Source of the DNA: Octopus sinensis
Lineage: Eukaryota
Length of the DNA stretch: 64,000 nt
Assembly: GCF_006345805.1 (NCBI RefSeq)
Contig: NC_042998.1
Location: 200,136,001-200,200,000, forward strand
Direction: 5' to 3'
The notes beneath the pieces were generated by a model, which saw only the letters and a list, made by a program, of their open reading frames with translations, made no database searches and was not told the origin of the DNA. Position 1 is the stretch's first letter. Every line of letters begins with the position of its first letter. The position numbers and the translations under genes are program-made. Positions 40,986-54,279 of the stretch are shown here, piece by piece.

Positions 40986-41850
40986 ATGTATATGTACATC
41001 TATATGTATATATGTATCTGTATGTATGTATGTATGTATGCAGCAACCTAGACAACCTAGACAAAAGTTTTCCCCGTTTGACGCAAATTCTATATCAGAA
41101 TAAAATTGGAGGCAACTTACTGTCAAACGGATACATGTGGATCTATAACGACTATCAACTTCGGTACCTTACAAATGGCCGCCATCAATTTGTCTGGTAA
41201 ACTAAAGCCATATTAACAACCACGAATTGAAGATGTTTTGCAGAATCGCCAACACTAGATAATAGTAGAATTAATTTTATTTAACTTTATAAATTGTACT
41301 ATAGTCATTACTTGTTATCCACATTAACGTGTACGTGAAGAATTATATATGATCTTAAATGAAAAAAAAACAAACATAAATCTTGCATATAGCTACCCAG
41401 GGATTCGTGGTCGAAATATTAACTCATTATTCCATTTCTGAAGCTGAAATCAAGGACTTTTGTTAATTTTTTTCTGAATAAATAACATTTCAAGAGGAAT
41501 CGCTTATTAAAGAAGAATGGAAAAAAAGGAAAAGCACAAGGGAGACAACCAATATTACAATAATTTGATGTCAAACAGAAGTACAGGAAATGCTAACCGT
41601 TTACAAAATATCAGGTGGTTTACATTTAGATTCTGTCAAGGTCTATTTTTTGAAGTGTGGACATACAGAAACATCTCGTTCCTCGAATTTATTCGTTGGA
41701 GGTACGCAAATACTTCAACAGATACAGTTTTTCAAGCAAATACACTGGACTGTATCTGGACTGTATTTAGAAAGGAGTTTCCATTTGATATCCAAACTAG
41801 TCCCTTCGTTTTTAAATTTTCCAATTAAAACCGAACGTGTTGTTGAAGGG

Positions 41851-41892
<42 letters not shown>

Positions 41893-41893
<1 letters not shown>

Positions 41894-42645
41894 ATTATTG
41901 GTTTCAGTTATTTGACTGCTGCTATGCTGCAGCACCGACTTGAAGGGATTTAGTCGAACTAATCGGTCCCAGGACTTATTCTTTGTAAGCCTAGTACTTA
42001 TTATTTCGGGAACAAAAATACGCCAACACCGTTTGTCAAGCGATGGAGGGGAGCCAAACACAAACACAGACACACACAGACACACATAAATATATGTACA
42101 ACGGGCTTCTTTCAGTTTCTGTTTACCAAATCCACTCAAAAGTCTTTTGTCGGCCCCTGGGTATAGTAGAAGACAGTTGTGGAGGCGCAATGGCCCAGTG
42201 GTTAGGGCAGCGGACACGCGGTCGTGGGATCAGGGTTTCGATTCCCAGACCGGGCGTTGTGAGTGTTTATTGAGCGAAAACACATAAAATCTCCACGATG
42301 CTCCGGCAGGCGGTGGTAGAGATCCCTGCTGTACTCTTTCACCACAACTTTCTCTCACTCTTACTTCCTGTTTCTGTTGCACCTGTATTTCAAGGGGCCG
42401 GCCTTGTCACTCTCCGTGTCACGCTGAATATCCCCGAGAACTACGTTAAGGGTACACGTATCTGTGGAGTGCTCAGCCACTTACACGTTAATTTCACGAG
42501 AAGGCTGTTCCGTTGATTCGGATCAACCGGAACCCTCGTCGTCGTAACCGACGGAGTGCTTCCATCCAGGAGACAGTTACCTAAGGTGCCACTCAGTGGG
42601 ACTGAACACAGTACCATGAGGTTAGGAAGCAAGCTTCTTACCACA
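41893..42645 (-). mobile_element. SINE-B interrupted by a nested SINE-D
   Basis: SINE-B sequence 41893-42178 resumes at 42579 (CCTAAGGTGCCACTCAGTGGGACTGAAC). Confidence 0.8.
42179..42570 (+). mobile_element. SINE-D, full length, 8-bp TSD
   Basis: tRNA-like head GGAGGCGCAATGGCCCAGTGGTTAGGGC..GGTTTCGATTCC; TSD AGACAGTT at 42171 and 42571. Confidence 0.9.
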
Positions 42646-43571
42646 TTTATATATTTACATGAACACACAGTAGTTACAGTAGTTACAGAAGAAAGTTGAC
42701 TCTAGAAATAATATAATGTTATTCATAATTGTAAAAACTATTAGATACGTTTCTATATATTTTAGTGATATAAAAATTCACGACAACGTTAGGTCACAAA
42801 TTGTTGTTAACATACAACAATAAATAAGTGATTATCGTTTCATCATCGTCGTCATCACCATTGTCATCATGAACAACTGCAACGAGAGCATAACGTTATA
42901 TATATATAATGCATGTATATATATATAATGCATGTATATATATAATGTTATATATAATGTAACTCACCGACTTTATATTCATTCATTCCATTTTTGAAGG
43001 ACATTATATATAGTGTAAAACGTCAATTTTATATTTCATAATTCCCTTTTAAATGCTGCTACTTTGCAAGGTTAATGCATTTACGAAGGTCACTCCTGTT
43101 AAAACTGTTTGTCTAGCAAGTTTCGATATTGTTGCTATAGGTGAAATAAACCAGAAAAATGTTTACAACGTAACGAAATATTTTTCGAATATATCAATGT
43201 GAATTAAGACGCTAGTAAAGTGACTGTAGGAAGTAAGAAGATATATAAAATGAAAAATATAAGAACACTAAAATGCTAAGTGTGAAAATATGCTGCGTAT
43301 CCAAAATTTTAGAGTTTCAGATGTACGTACAATGTAATACACTAAAAGATATGGGCACACTTAGATTTATGTAATATGTAATACACAAAGAAAAATGGGC
43401 ACACGCACAAAATACATTTATATATTATTCTTAATTAAGAATATTATATTATTGACAGTCACTATGGCATTTAGAGCCGACGAAACTTCGGAGAAGTGAG
43501 TGTCAATAGTATATTTGCTTAAGAGTAATATATTTGTAACCGAACAAGACAAATAATATTTATGCGCGTGT

Positions 43572-43795
43572 GGATGGAAGCACTCCGTCGGTTACGACGA
43601 CGAGGGTTCCGGTTGATCCGAATCAACGGAACAGCCTGCTCGTGAAATTAACGTGTAAGTGGCTGAGCACTCCACTGACACGTGTACCCTTAACGTAGTT
43701 CTCGGGGATACTCACAACGCCCGGTCTGGGAATCGAAACTGCGATCCTATGACCGCGAGTCCGCTGCCCTAACCACTGGGTCATTGCGCTTCCAC
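43572..43795 (-). mobile_element. SINE-D with about 170-bp internal deletion, 12-bp TSD
   Basis: Head joined directly to tail; TSD TTATGCGCGTGT at 43560 and 43796. Confidence 0.9.
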
Positions 43796-43817
43796 TTATG
43801 CGCGTGTAGGTGTATCT

Positions 43818-43950
43818 AAATGCGGCGAGCTGGCAGAATCATTAACCTGCCGGGAAAAATGCTTACGGGCATTTCGTCCACATCACCAAAGTCGACTTTA
43901 GCCTTTGATCCTTTGAGGGTTGATAAAATAGATAACTGTGATGTCGATTT
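43818..43950 (+). mobile_element. Degenerate SINE-A
   Basis: GCGGCGAGCTGGCAGAATCATTA..GTCGACTTTAGCCTTTGATCCTTTGAGGGTTGATAAA. Confidence 0.7.
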
Positions 43951-44053
43951 TATCCAACCTACTTCCACGAATTTCCTGGTCTTTTGCCAAAATTCGAAAC
44001 CAATATAAATATATATGCATGCATGTATATATGTGTGTGTGCATATATATATA

Positions 44054-44088
<35 letters not shown>

Positions 44089-45196
44089 GAATTACTTATG
44101 TAGAAAGAGATACACATATGTAAATACAATCTTTATATATACGCACATATTTATGTACATATAACGTATTTATCTATGTCAATATATCGTGTTTATATAC
44201 AGTGTGCCCCAGAAAGATTTACCCACGTTTAAAGCTCTTCCTAAAGAATATCGAGGTAAAATATCATCTACATTTGACATAATCTGTTGTTTCCTTCATC
44301 TATAACAGGTTGCAAACAAATAAGTCATCGAGAGAAAAACGTGACCAGATTGTCGCTTTGAAAATAACTGGAGTGAGCAATAATGATATAACATAACAGT
44401 TGAACATGTACTGTAAAACATATATGAAACGACATATGACTACCTCTACAAAGCTAATTCCTAGTAGGAAACGATCAATTCATATCAAACAAACTGTTGA
44501 AGCTGTGAAGAAGGGAATGAACCGAAATCCCCGCATGAGTGCAAGAAAAACTACAAAGGATCAATGCACAAGATTTTTAAAGAGAATTTAATGCTAACTG
44601 CATACAAGAAACAATCTCGGCAGTTAATTTCCCAAGAAGAAACGGCTTGACAGGGGTAAAATCATTTTAGCTGAGATGAAGCTCGGTGCGTCGCTAAAAG
44701 GGTGTTGATCTTGTCCGACGAGAAGATTTTCACAGTGGAGGCAGTTACTTACAAGCAGAATGTCAGGCTTTATGCACGTAATGCATGAGACCTGCCCGGA
44801 ATTAACAGGAGTCATTTACACCGTCAGACGTCAGCTTCACTCATGGGGTTGGTCACAGTTACATCTGATGAGTACAAGTCTCCCTTCATCTTCTGCGATG
44901 CTGGCATCAATGTCATCAGTGAAGTTTATGAGGGAATGTTGGATGCAAAATTGTTGTTCCTTGCTAGGTACAAACATTACCAGCGTGTATTGTGCAACGA
45001 CAATTTCTCGCTAAACATTTTACTCAATACGTCTATTGTATTTCTAAAGTTAATGTCAGAAGGTTATTTCACGAGCACGTCATTGCTATAACGCTCATAT
45101 CTTTCTGCTGCCAGGGTTTCATAGAAGTAGATGCGCTTTCATATCTTAATCCCAATCTTTGCAATCTTTATTGAAGATCTGTTTATATCTTCTATA

Positions 45197-45584
45197 CTGG
45201 TGGAGGTGCAATGGCCCAGTGGTTAGGGCAGCGGACTCGCGGTCATAGGATCGCGGTTTCGATTCCCAGACCGGGCGTTGTGAGTGTTTATTGAGCGAAA
45301 ACACCTAAAGCTCCACGAGGCTCCGGCAGGGATGGTGGTGATCCCGGCTGTACTCTTTCACCACAACTTTCTCTTACTCTTACTTCCTGTTTTTGTTGTA
45401 CCAGTATTTCAAAGGGCCGGCCTTGTCACTCTCTGTGTCACGCTGAATATCCCCGAGAACTAGGTTACGGGTACACGTGTCTGTGGAGTGCTCGGCCACT
45501 TACACGTTAATTTCACGAGCAGGCTGTTCCGTTGATTCGGATCAACCGGAACCCTCATCGTCGTAACCGACGGAGTGCTTCCCC
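45197..45584 (+). mobile_element. SINE-D, full length, 13-bp TSD
   Basis: TSD TATATCTTCTATA at 45184 and 45585. Confidence 0.92.
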
Positions 45585-45890
45585 TATATCTTCTATAGTT
45601 CGCCTCTACGGTAACTCCTTCGTCTGGTTCATACATTAATTGTAGCATTTTTGCTGTAATATTAATTGTTGTTGTTTTTGTTGCTGCCTTTGCAAACCAG
45701 CCAACAATTCTCCCATAATTTTACGGTTTTGTATCCCGTAAAATTCGCAGAAGAAACTTTTGTGAATTTCGTATCTCCTTGTGAGTCTGTTAATCCTCAT
45801 CGGTTTGTTAATTCATCGTGAGTTTGTTAATTCCTCGACACCACTGTTGTAATCTTCTTTCGGGTTGTTATGAAGTCCATTCTGGTATAT

Positions 45891-46122
45891 ATTTCTTTAC
45901 TACCTACAAGGGGCTAAACACAGAGGGGACAAACAAGGATAGACAAAGGGATTAAGTCGATTACGCCGACCCCAGTGTGTAACTGGTACTTAATTTATCG
46001 ACCCCAAAAGGATGAAAGGCAAAGTGGACCTCGGCGTAATTTGAACTCAGAACGTAACGGCAGACGAAATATCGCTAAGCATTTCGCCCACCGTGGTAAC
46101 GTCTCTGCCAGCTCGCCGCCTT
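45891..46122 (-). mobile_element. SINE-A, full length
   Basis: Matches 60581-60810; possible TSD TGGTATAT at 45883 and 46123. Confidence 0.9.
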
Positions 46123-46891
46123 TGGTATATCAGTATAGTTAGTTAGACAAGACACGACTATCTAATGGATGTCTACTCGACTGACACTTTTCTCGAATTC
46201 CTACTTTACGGTGTTCGTAACGACTTTCACTTACCACTCATCACTTAGGTGGGGGTGATCCATTATTACTATTATCGCCATAAGAGTCACAGAATAATTC
46301 GGTAACAGGTGGTGTAAAGTACATTTCAGCGGTTTGGGGTACCAGACGATATGGCCTCGCTCATGGCCAGACATCAATCCCATGGACTTTGCTATCTGGT
46401 CAACCTTAGAGAGTAATGTTCCTGCTCGCTCCTGCTGAAATCTGAATAAAGCTCTTCGGTCTTCCTGGGGATCAAGTTGGATGAAAAAGTGGTACGACCA
46501 CTCGTCTGAAGACCATGATCAAGATGAAAGATGGCCATTTCGCAATGGAATAACAGCAATGGATATTACAATTTACATTAGAATGTATGTGCCAAATTAC
46601 CTTATCTTACCTTAAGTTTATTTTCAGTAATAAAGACATATCAATGAGTAAAACTTTCTGGGATACCCTGAATATATATGTGTGTGCGTTTGTGTGTTTG
46701 TTTGCATGTTTGTGTGTTGTGTGTGTACGTGATTGCGTGCGAGTGTCCTCCTCTGTTTATGTAAATTTATAAAACCCACGAACGAAAACATTCGTTTTAT
46801 ACACACACTTGCGCCAACACATACGTACACACAAAAACATACACACACATGTGTGTCTGTGGATTTATGCATGTGTAGTTGGATATGCAGA

Positions 46892-46943
46892 TCGATAGAT
46901 AAATAGATAGTTAGATAGATAGATAGGTAGATAGATAGATAGT

Positions 46944-46996
<53 letters not shown>

Positions 46997-47056
46997 GGAT
47001 AGATAGATAGATAGAGAGGTAGAGAGATAGACAGACAGACAGACAGACTGACAGAC

Positions 47057-47098
<42 letters not shown>

Positions 47099-47130
47099 GT
47101 AGATAGATAGATAGATAGATGGATAGATAG
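46892..47130. repeat. (GATA)n/(GACA)n microsatellite
   Basis: Direct. Confidence 0.95.
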
Positions 47131-48404
47131 ATATATATGGATATATCTAATCATGTCTGTATATATTATGCGTGGGCATATCTGTCTGTGTATGTGCATG
47201 GAAAAAATTGAACACATTCTCTCATGTATGCTACATACAGTTGCATTCAGGCTTCATCTTTATATGAAGTACTCTTTCTAGTTCAACAGAAGCCGTTAAA
47301 AAAAATAATCTTGTAAACTAATTTCTTTTCTTTTTTTAATTGAAGACGCTCATTAGTTTCTTGTGATTACATATTTTACCATAATCATGTGAAAGTAATT
47401 TTTTCGTCTATTCATATTCCAAATATTATATTATACACATATTTTACTGATATGCTTCAATTTAATTTTGGCTTTTTAAATTTTATTATAGAGACAGTAA
47501 AGAACGAAGTGTAATCAATTACTAAATATATAAACACATATACGTTTTCACAATGATATAAAGAAAGATTTTCTTTGACAGTATTCAGTATTCTTCAAGT
47601 TGAAGAAATAAAAATAAAAAGCAGAAACGTATGGATAACTTGAAATATCCCAATAGCGCCTAGGAAATCTAGAACCTTAAGTATAACAACTACAAATAGA
47701 CACTGCGGCATCTAAGATATCGATGATAAAATGTATGAGTTCTCTAAGACCGTTCAAAGTAAATAGTACAACGGTTGTCATTGAAATCACGGCAAGTTGG
47801 TGAAAATTTATATGGAGATAAGTGGAAAAAGAAAAGAAGAATATCGAAAAGAAAAAAGAGAAAAAAATGTACTCCAAGCCAAGAAAGAAAATAAGAAAGT
47901 CGGAAGTGAAAATAAATAGGTAAATATAATTAAAAACATAGCAAATACGTCTTGAGAGCTTGAGCAAAATCTACAGTATCGGGTGACTTGAATATCTGCT
48001 GTGACAATGACATTCTATAGTGATGTCGAAAAATATAAATAATGTTTTGGGATTACGAAATCATCCATCATTACGAATAAAAAATACTTTAGTAAATTTC
48101 TGCAAAGAAGGAAAGACAATATTTGATGTTTCATTCACATATTCGAGTGATCTTCTGTTGCATTGGATTTACTGTATCTATGAGTTACGATATTGCTGTA
48201 ATGAAAAATCGTAGTCGAGAAACTTTTGCTGTATTTGTTTAAAACATTATAGAAAACACAAGCCTTACACTCGTATTTATTGCAAACAGATAAATGCATT
48301 CCAGTCTTCAACTACAATTTTACATATTGCATCTCAACCGTATTTACGAATCAGGAATATCCGGATAGATATTTCAAAAACAGTCGTCTTTTCTGTACCT
48401 TCAG

Positions 48405-48469
48405 GCATACAGTGATGGAGACGATATTCCCTTTTCAATAAGCGGTCTGCTTCTAAACGCGCGCTTGGG
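48405..48469 (+). CDS. Candidate internal exon (AYSDGDDIPFSISGLLLNARLG, phase 0-2)
   Basis: Strong acceptor TCTTTTCTGTACCTTCAG; only phase 0 is open; weak donor GTACCT (alternative GTCAGT at 48489). Confidence 0.2.
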
Positions 48470-48575
48470 GTACCTGTATTCTCAGCATGTCAGTGGGACA
48501 AGCTTTAAGAGGATTTCAAACAAAAACTCAGACCATACTGGAATGAATACTTGAATATAAAATTATGTATATAAG

Positions 48576-48988
48576 AGGCGGCGAGCTGGCAGAATCGTTA
48601 GCACGTCGGGCGAAATGCTCAGCAGTATTTCGTCTGTCGCTACGTTCTGAGTTCAAATTCCGCCGAGGTCGACTTTGCCTTTCATCCTCTCAGGGTCGAT
48701 AAATAAAGAACCAATTACGCACTGGGTCGATGTAATCGACTTAATCCCTTTGTCTGCCCTTGTTTGTCCCTTCTGTGTTTAGCCCCTTGTGGGTAGTAAA
48801 GAAATAGGTATTTCGTCTGTCGTTATGTTCTGAGTTCAAATTCCGCCGAGGTCAAATTTGCCTTTCATCCTCTCAGGGTCGATAAATAAAGAACCAATTA
48901 CGCACTGGGTCGATGTAATCGACTTAATCCCTTTGTCTGCCCTTGTCTGTCCCTCTATGTTAAGCCCCTTGTGGGTAGTAAAGAAATA
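48576..48988 (+). mobile_element. SINE-A with tandem duplication of the head-less body
   Basis: Two about 180-bp units start TATTTCGTCTGTCG and share private variants (CCTCTCAGGG, AAATAAAGAACCAATTACGC). Confidence 0.9.
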
Positions 48989-49954
48989 TATACAAATATG
49001 AGTATCATACGCATAAATACTCACGCGTACAAACAAAAAACAGACAGACACATAGACACCTATCTATACAATGAATGCATTATATAATGGTTTGGGGTAT
49101 GACTCCAAATGCAGGGCAAAACTTTATAACGAATTTACAATTGTGAATTTAAAATACATGTTTTGTTCTATGACGTCATACGTAAACAAAGAAGGTGATA
49201 GAAATTATTGCATGAACACTTTTCCATAATTACATTTCTGCTTTTTTTCTGTTTATGTTGGATATAGATGTTTTCCAAATATATTAAATCTAAGGCAGAC
49301 AAGAAGATATATTTAGAGTTTGATATAGCCAGTAACTCGTTTCAAAGTGATATAAATGAATGTGGACATCTTTCGAACGACTCTCCACTGATTTTCATAT
49401 TCTTTACTTTTCTCTGAAGCACTTATCGTTAGTTTTCTATTCATTGATAATATGTTCGCTATACAGATAAGATATAAAGATGCCGACATGTAAGGCTGCA
49501 GATAATGGAGCCAAAAAAAAGAAGAAAAATATAACAAAACTATAGAGTAACATATATTTGCAACTACATTAAAACTGACACTTTTTTTTTTACATTTACG
49601 TTGCATATAACACAGGTAGCGGATTCAAAAAAATCCTTTTCAAAAATAGAATGCATTTTGCTAAACTTGAAATGAATGTAATCGTTTCCAAGTCTTTAAG
49701 TGATATGTTCCATAAATAATTACATCAGTTCATTAAAGAAATTAATTAATCAATTCTTACTTAAGAGTGAGAAAATGGAAATATTTGAAGAAAAAGCAAA
49801 TTAGAGTATAGTAATAACAGGAATAATAAAACGCTCTCGTCATATATCAGGAATTTAAAGGAAAACATTCCTTCCGATAACTGATAAAGAGCAACCTTTG
49901 GATTTTGGCCGCTGATCGCTCCTGGCTGCTTAGAAAATATTTCTATTTCGACAG

Positions 49955-49999
49955 CTGCATGGATATTGTAAAGCGTGTCAGTGTGAAGGAATTTAATCG
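49955..49999 (+). CDS. Candidate 45-nt exon (xCMDIVKRVSVKEFNR, phase 2-2)
   Basis: Acceptor TTTCTATTTCGACAG, donor CG|GTGAAA, open in phase 2. Confidence 0.2.
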
Positions 50000-50650
50000 G
50001 TGAAAATACGAATTAATAAGGCATTGCTAAGCGCGACCATTCGGGGAACAATGGTATCTTTTGATCGAATCTATAACGGTTTTCCTTTTTGCAATACACA
50101 AAACAAGACCGATTGTGCTTTATACTGAAGAGAGGAAAGGATATCGAACCACGTGCTTGTAGATAACGGAATAAAAAGAACACAAACAATATAGAATAGA
50201 ATATTGAACTAAGTTCACTGAAAGCTCACATTAGAAATTTGTGCAGATGATAGAATGGAAATTCATTTTGTAAATACTCTAGAAAGTACTAAACTGTTAT
50301 TAGATTCGAACTTCCATATTAAGCATTGTGGCTATAAATAATTGCTTTTGCCTGTGAAAGAGCAAAGTGAAATATTCCTCCTAGCAGTTGGAAAAAAGAA
50401 TAATGTGCTATGCGATGGATCTGAAAAATGTGTCAACATATACTTGTGCGTACTGTGTGTATGTAGGTTAGTATTAGAAGTTGCATTGCTGCGAAAGAGT
50501 ATAACAACATGGAATATAGAACACGTAATCGTACGTTATATATATATTCACACATACATGCGCACACTCACATATATCATGTATGCACATATACACACGC
50601 ATATGTATATACACCCACATATATACCGTCACATCTATCTACCCATCTGT

Positions 50651-50747
<97 letters not shown>

Positions 50748-51189
50748 TGATAATTCTTAGTTTTTATGAAATTGCAAGATCAAGTTAACTATATGCGCTT
50801 GTGTTGCTCGCGTTAGATAGTTACTACTTGCGTACACAATGTATGTGCCGAATAATCATTTGTTTTCAAGCCTGAAGCTTTAAAAGCACAACCGAAATTT
50901 AACGATAGAATCCAGGGGGAAATCAAACATAAAGATTTTCTACTGGATTCGGTTTAGTAGTAAAAATACAGTGATATATTATCTCGTGCGACATTTCAGC
51001 GAAGCTACTGTCAAATGTCAGTTCACAATACCGATATCCTATATTCGGTTAAATGGAAAAATGAAGATGTTATCCTCATTCGCCCATGTATGCATGTGCA
51101 TATATGTATGTATGTATGTAAGTATGCGTGTATGTATGTATATATATATTGTGAAATTTGATTCCCAGTAAGTTTGGCGTTATACTCTC

Positions 51190-51221
<32 letters not shown>

Positions 51222-51261
51222 TATTATTATTATTATTATTATTATCATTATTATATATATA

Positions 51262-51322
<61 letters not shown>

Positions 51323-51333
51323 TAATAATAATA
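51190..51333. repeat. (TAT)n followed by (AAT)n, quasi-palindromic microsatellite
   Basis: Direct. Confidence 0.9.
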
Positions 51334-51408
51334 CAATAGAGAGTATAATGCCAAACTTACTGGGAAGAATTCAATTTAGTGTTAAATCAAATTTCACAAT
51401 ATATATAT

Positions 51409-51468
<60 letters not shown>

Positions 51469-51657
51469 TACACACATATACACATACACACACACAAACA
51501 TATATACGCATAAATACATATGTGTGTTTGTGCATGTTTCTACGTACATGCCGCAAGATGTTAGATATGTATATATATATATGTGTGTGTGCATGTATAC
51601 TAACTGGGACTCGTGTCGTCAAAAATGGCGGCTAATTGTTGTATTTTATATATAAAT

Positions 51658-52579
51658 AAGGTACAAAACGAAGACTTTGGTTTAATAATTATTTTATTAC
51701 TAAATTTTTGGTCAAAACTTTAGCCGCAACAAGCATCATTTGACTGCTTGTTTCCTTCAAAAGAATTTTCCCGTTTTCCTTCCTTCTTACTGGCAAATAA
51801 ATACCCAATACACAGAACGCTGTTTGATTTTCTTTTTACCTTTGAATGTTCACCATCCCACTTCTATTGCACACACACACATACACACACACACACACAC
51901 ATAAACATTCACATGCTTCCCTTTTATACACACACATAAACTCACACAGAGTTGAAATGCTGTTTGATTTATCTTTTTCACAGTAGAGTTTCCATCATCC
52001 CACTTCGACGTTTGCCGTCACTCCTTCCATCTTTATTCATCTGTCACTCCTTACTATCTCATTCATATGTTTTGACGGAGAAAGATACAAGAGTGTTATT
52101 ATAGTAGAAAAGGTACAAGACCAAATTTTTAGTTTAAGAATTATTTTACTACCAATCCTTTGACTGCTTGTTTCTTTCAAAAGAATTTTAAAGTGTTCCT
52201 TCCGTCTTGTCCGATTGAGGCCATATAAAGCTGGTCGTGACTAACTACAAGAGCTGGCAAGTAAATACACAGAGTTGAAACGCTGTTTGATTTTTCTTTT
52301 CAGTATTGAATGTTAATCATTCCACTTCCAATGCACGCACATACACACATACAAACATATAAACCCCCACACACACACACGCACACAATCATAATCACAT
52401 AACCCTCTTTTACATACACACAAGTATATTCACACAGAGTTGAAACGCTGTCTGATTTATTTTATCTGCGTACAATTTTCATCACCTCACTACCGATTAT
52501 GACACCAGCGCTTCCTTCCTTATTTATCTATCACCCCTCCTTTTCTCATTCATAAAGACAAGAGTATTATTATAGTAGA
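51658..52579 (+). repeat. Old tandem duplication, two units of about 450-470 bp
   Basis: Both units start AAGGTACAA, contain TTTGACTGCTTGTTTC.TTCAAAAGAATTTT and CACACAGAGTTGAAA.GCTG, and end ACAAGAGT.TTATTATAGTAGA. Confidence 0.75.
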
Positions 52580-52689
52580 TTATCTCGGTAACCATGGGAG
52601 CTATGAAATAATCCAAAGCCCAGCAACACCACCGGATTATTCTACACATCTGTGAAATATTTCGCGCAATTCCATCCAGTTTAACTGTG

Positions 52690-53010
52690 CGGCACCCATT
52701 TCTCAAGAATTTTGGTTTTCCAATCTCTTTCACGTGGTTGGACATTGTCGTATACGTTAGGTCTAATTTAGAAGCAATCTCTCGAACAATTGTGCGTGGA
52801 CTGGCGTCCACTAAGGCTCTTAGTTGATCGTTTTCAACATCCGATGTCCGACCACTACGCTTATCTTCTTCAAGACTCTCGTCCCATCTAAAATTCTTGA
52901 ACCACTATAAACATGCTTTAAAAGGATATATAAAGTCAAAGTAATTTAACAAAAATTAATTTGAAAATACATAATTTAAAACCAGAATAAAAAATTCCGC
53001 AACCTAATAT
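52690..53010 (-). mobile_element. Mariner 5' fragment (TIR plus HTH)
   Basis: TA|TTAGGTTGCGGAA TIR-like end at about 53008; DKRSGRTSDVENDQLRALVDASPRTIVREIASKLDL..NHVKEIGK. Confidence 0.75.
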
Positions 53011-53019
53011 ATATACACA

Positions 53020-54150
53020 GATATGCAGACACCGTTTATTTTCAAAATTTCTGATCTAAGCATCTTGATATGTTTTCAGCTCCGTAGAATTTACAATGTA
53101 ATTATTCTTTTTCATTCCAGGTGTCATCATATTAAACATTTGCGAAGAGTTACCATGCAACGCACAAAAATAATCAGCTGAAGTTTGAGATTTTCAAAGA
53201 GGCCATATTGTTGGGCAATCTAAGGCTGGTCTTAATCAGCGAAAAATTGCCAAAAATCTTCGAATTCCTCTTGCTACTGTTAACAGAATTATAGTGCAAT
53301 TCAAAAATCAAGGAAAAGAATAAACAGGTTCTCGTCCCGGCCGATCTGGGCCCTCGGAAAGGAAGCTTCACTGTTTGAAGAGAATTGTGGAAAACGAACC
53401 CCGTTCGAAGGCTTCTCACATTGCAAAACAGCTAGAAGTTAGTCAAGAACGTGTGTTACATATCTGCATAAGCTAGGGTATTATGAACGCGCAGCTAGAA
53501 GAAAACCGAAAACCCCTCCTTCAACCAATTAATATCATGAAAAGAAAGAAATGGGCTAAGGAGATGTCAAAAAAATCATGTTCATTTTCTGATAGAGTGA
53601 TTTTCACAGATGAATCCAAATTTGCATTATTTTTAAACAGAAGACGTGTTTGGGTCTGGAGGCTTCCCAATTAAGAATATGATTTGAAACGACTTCAACC
53701 AACTGTGAAGCATGTTGGTATTTCTGTAAATGTGTGGGGAATTGTCACTAGCAATGGTCTTTCTGACCTGATCGAATGTGCTGGAACCATAAACTCTGAA
53801 AATTGCATCGAAATAATAAAGCAAGGACTACTTCCGATGTTGTCACGTGATAACATAACGAAAAATTATTGTTTATTCATGGAAGATGGGACTCCATGAC
53901 ACACAACGAAAAGGAATCAACAATGGCTGATTGAAAATGGGATCAAAAGGCTTCCTCGGCCGCACCAATCTCCTGACATGAGCCCAATTGAAAATCTTTG
54001 GAGTATACAAGATGGAGTTACACCAAAAACTCGACAGAAAACTAAATCTAAAGTTGAATTGTTTCGATTGTTGCGTGAAAAGTGGGCAAAAATCCCACAA
54101 CTGACAATCACCAGTCCAATGCCAAGAAGAGTTTCTGAGTTCAAAGTGTC
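53020..54150 (+). mobile_element. Tc1 transposon with near-complete pseudogenised DD34E transposase
   Basis: [15 protein letters not shown]-terminus; [15 protein letters not shown] and SPDMSPIENLW in one frame (53483-54140) with 34 residues between D and E; stops at 53672 and 53897. Confidence 0.9.
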
Positions 54151-54187
54151 CGTTTACTTCCTGCATGTCTGTATATACATATATATA

Positions 54188-54250
<63 letters not shown>

Positions 54251-54279
54251 ATATATAAACACATTCATATACATACATA

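Larger units (their letters stand above)
44200..46670 (+). mobile_element. Decayed maT/DD37D-like Tc1-mariner transposon with both TIRs, interrupted by about 1.3 kb of nested sequence
   Basis: TIRs 44200-44225 and 46645-46670 match at 21/26; DEKIFTVEAVTYKQNVRLYA and VTSDEYKSPFIF before about 44990; WPRSWPDINPMDFAIWSTLESNV..RLKTMIKMKDGHF after about 46285. Confidence 0.8.
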
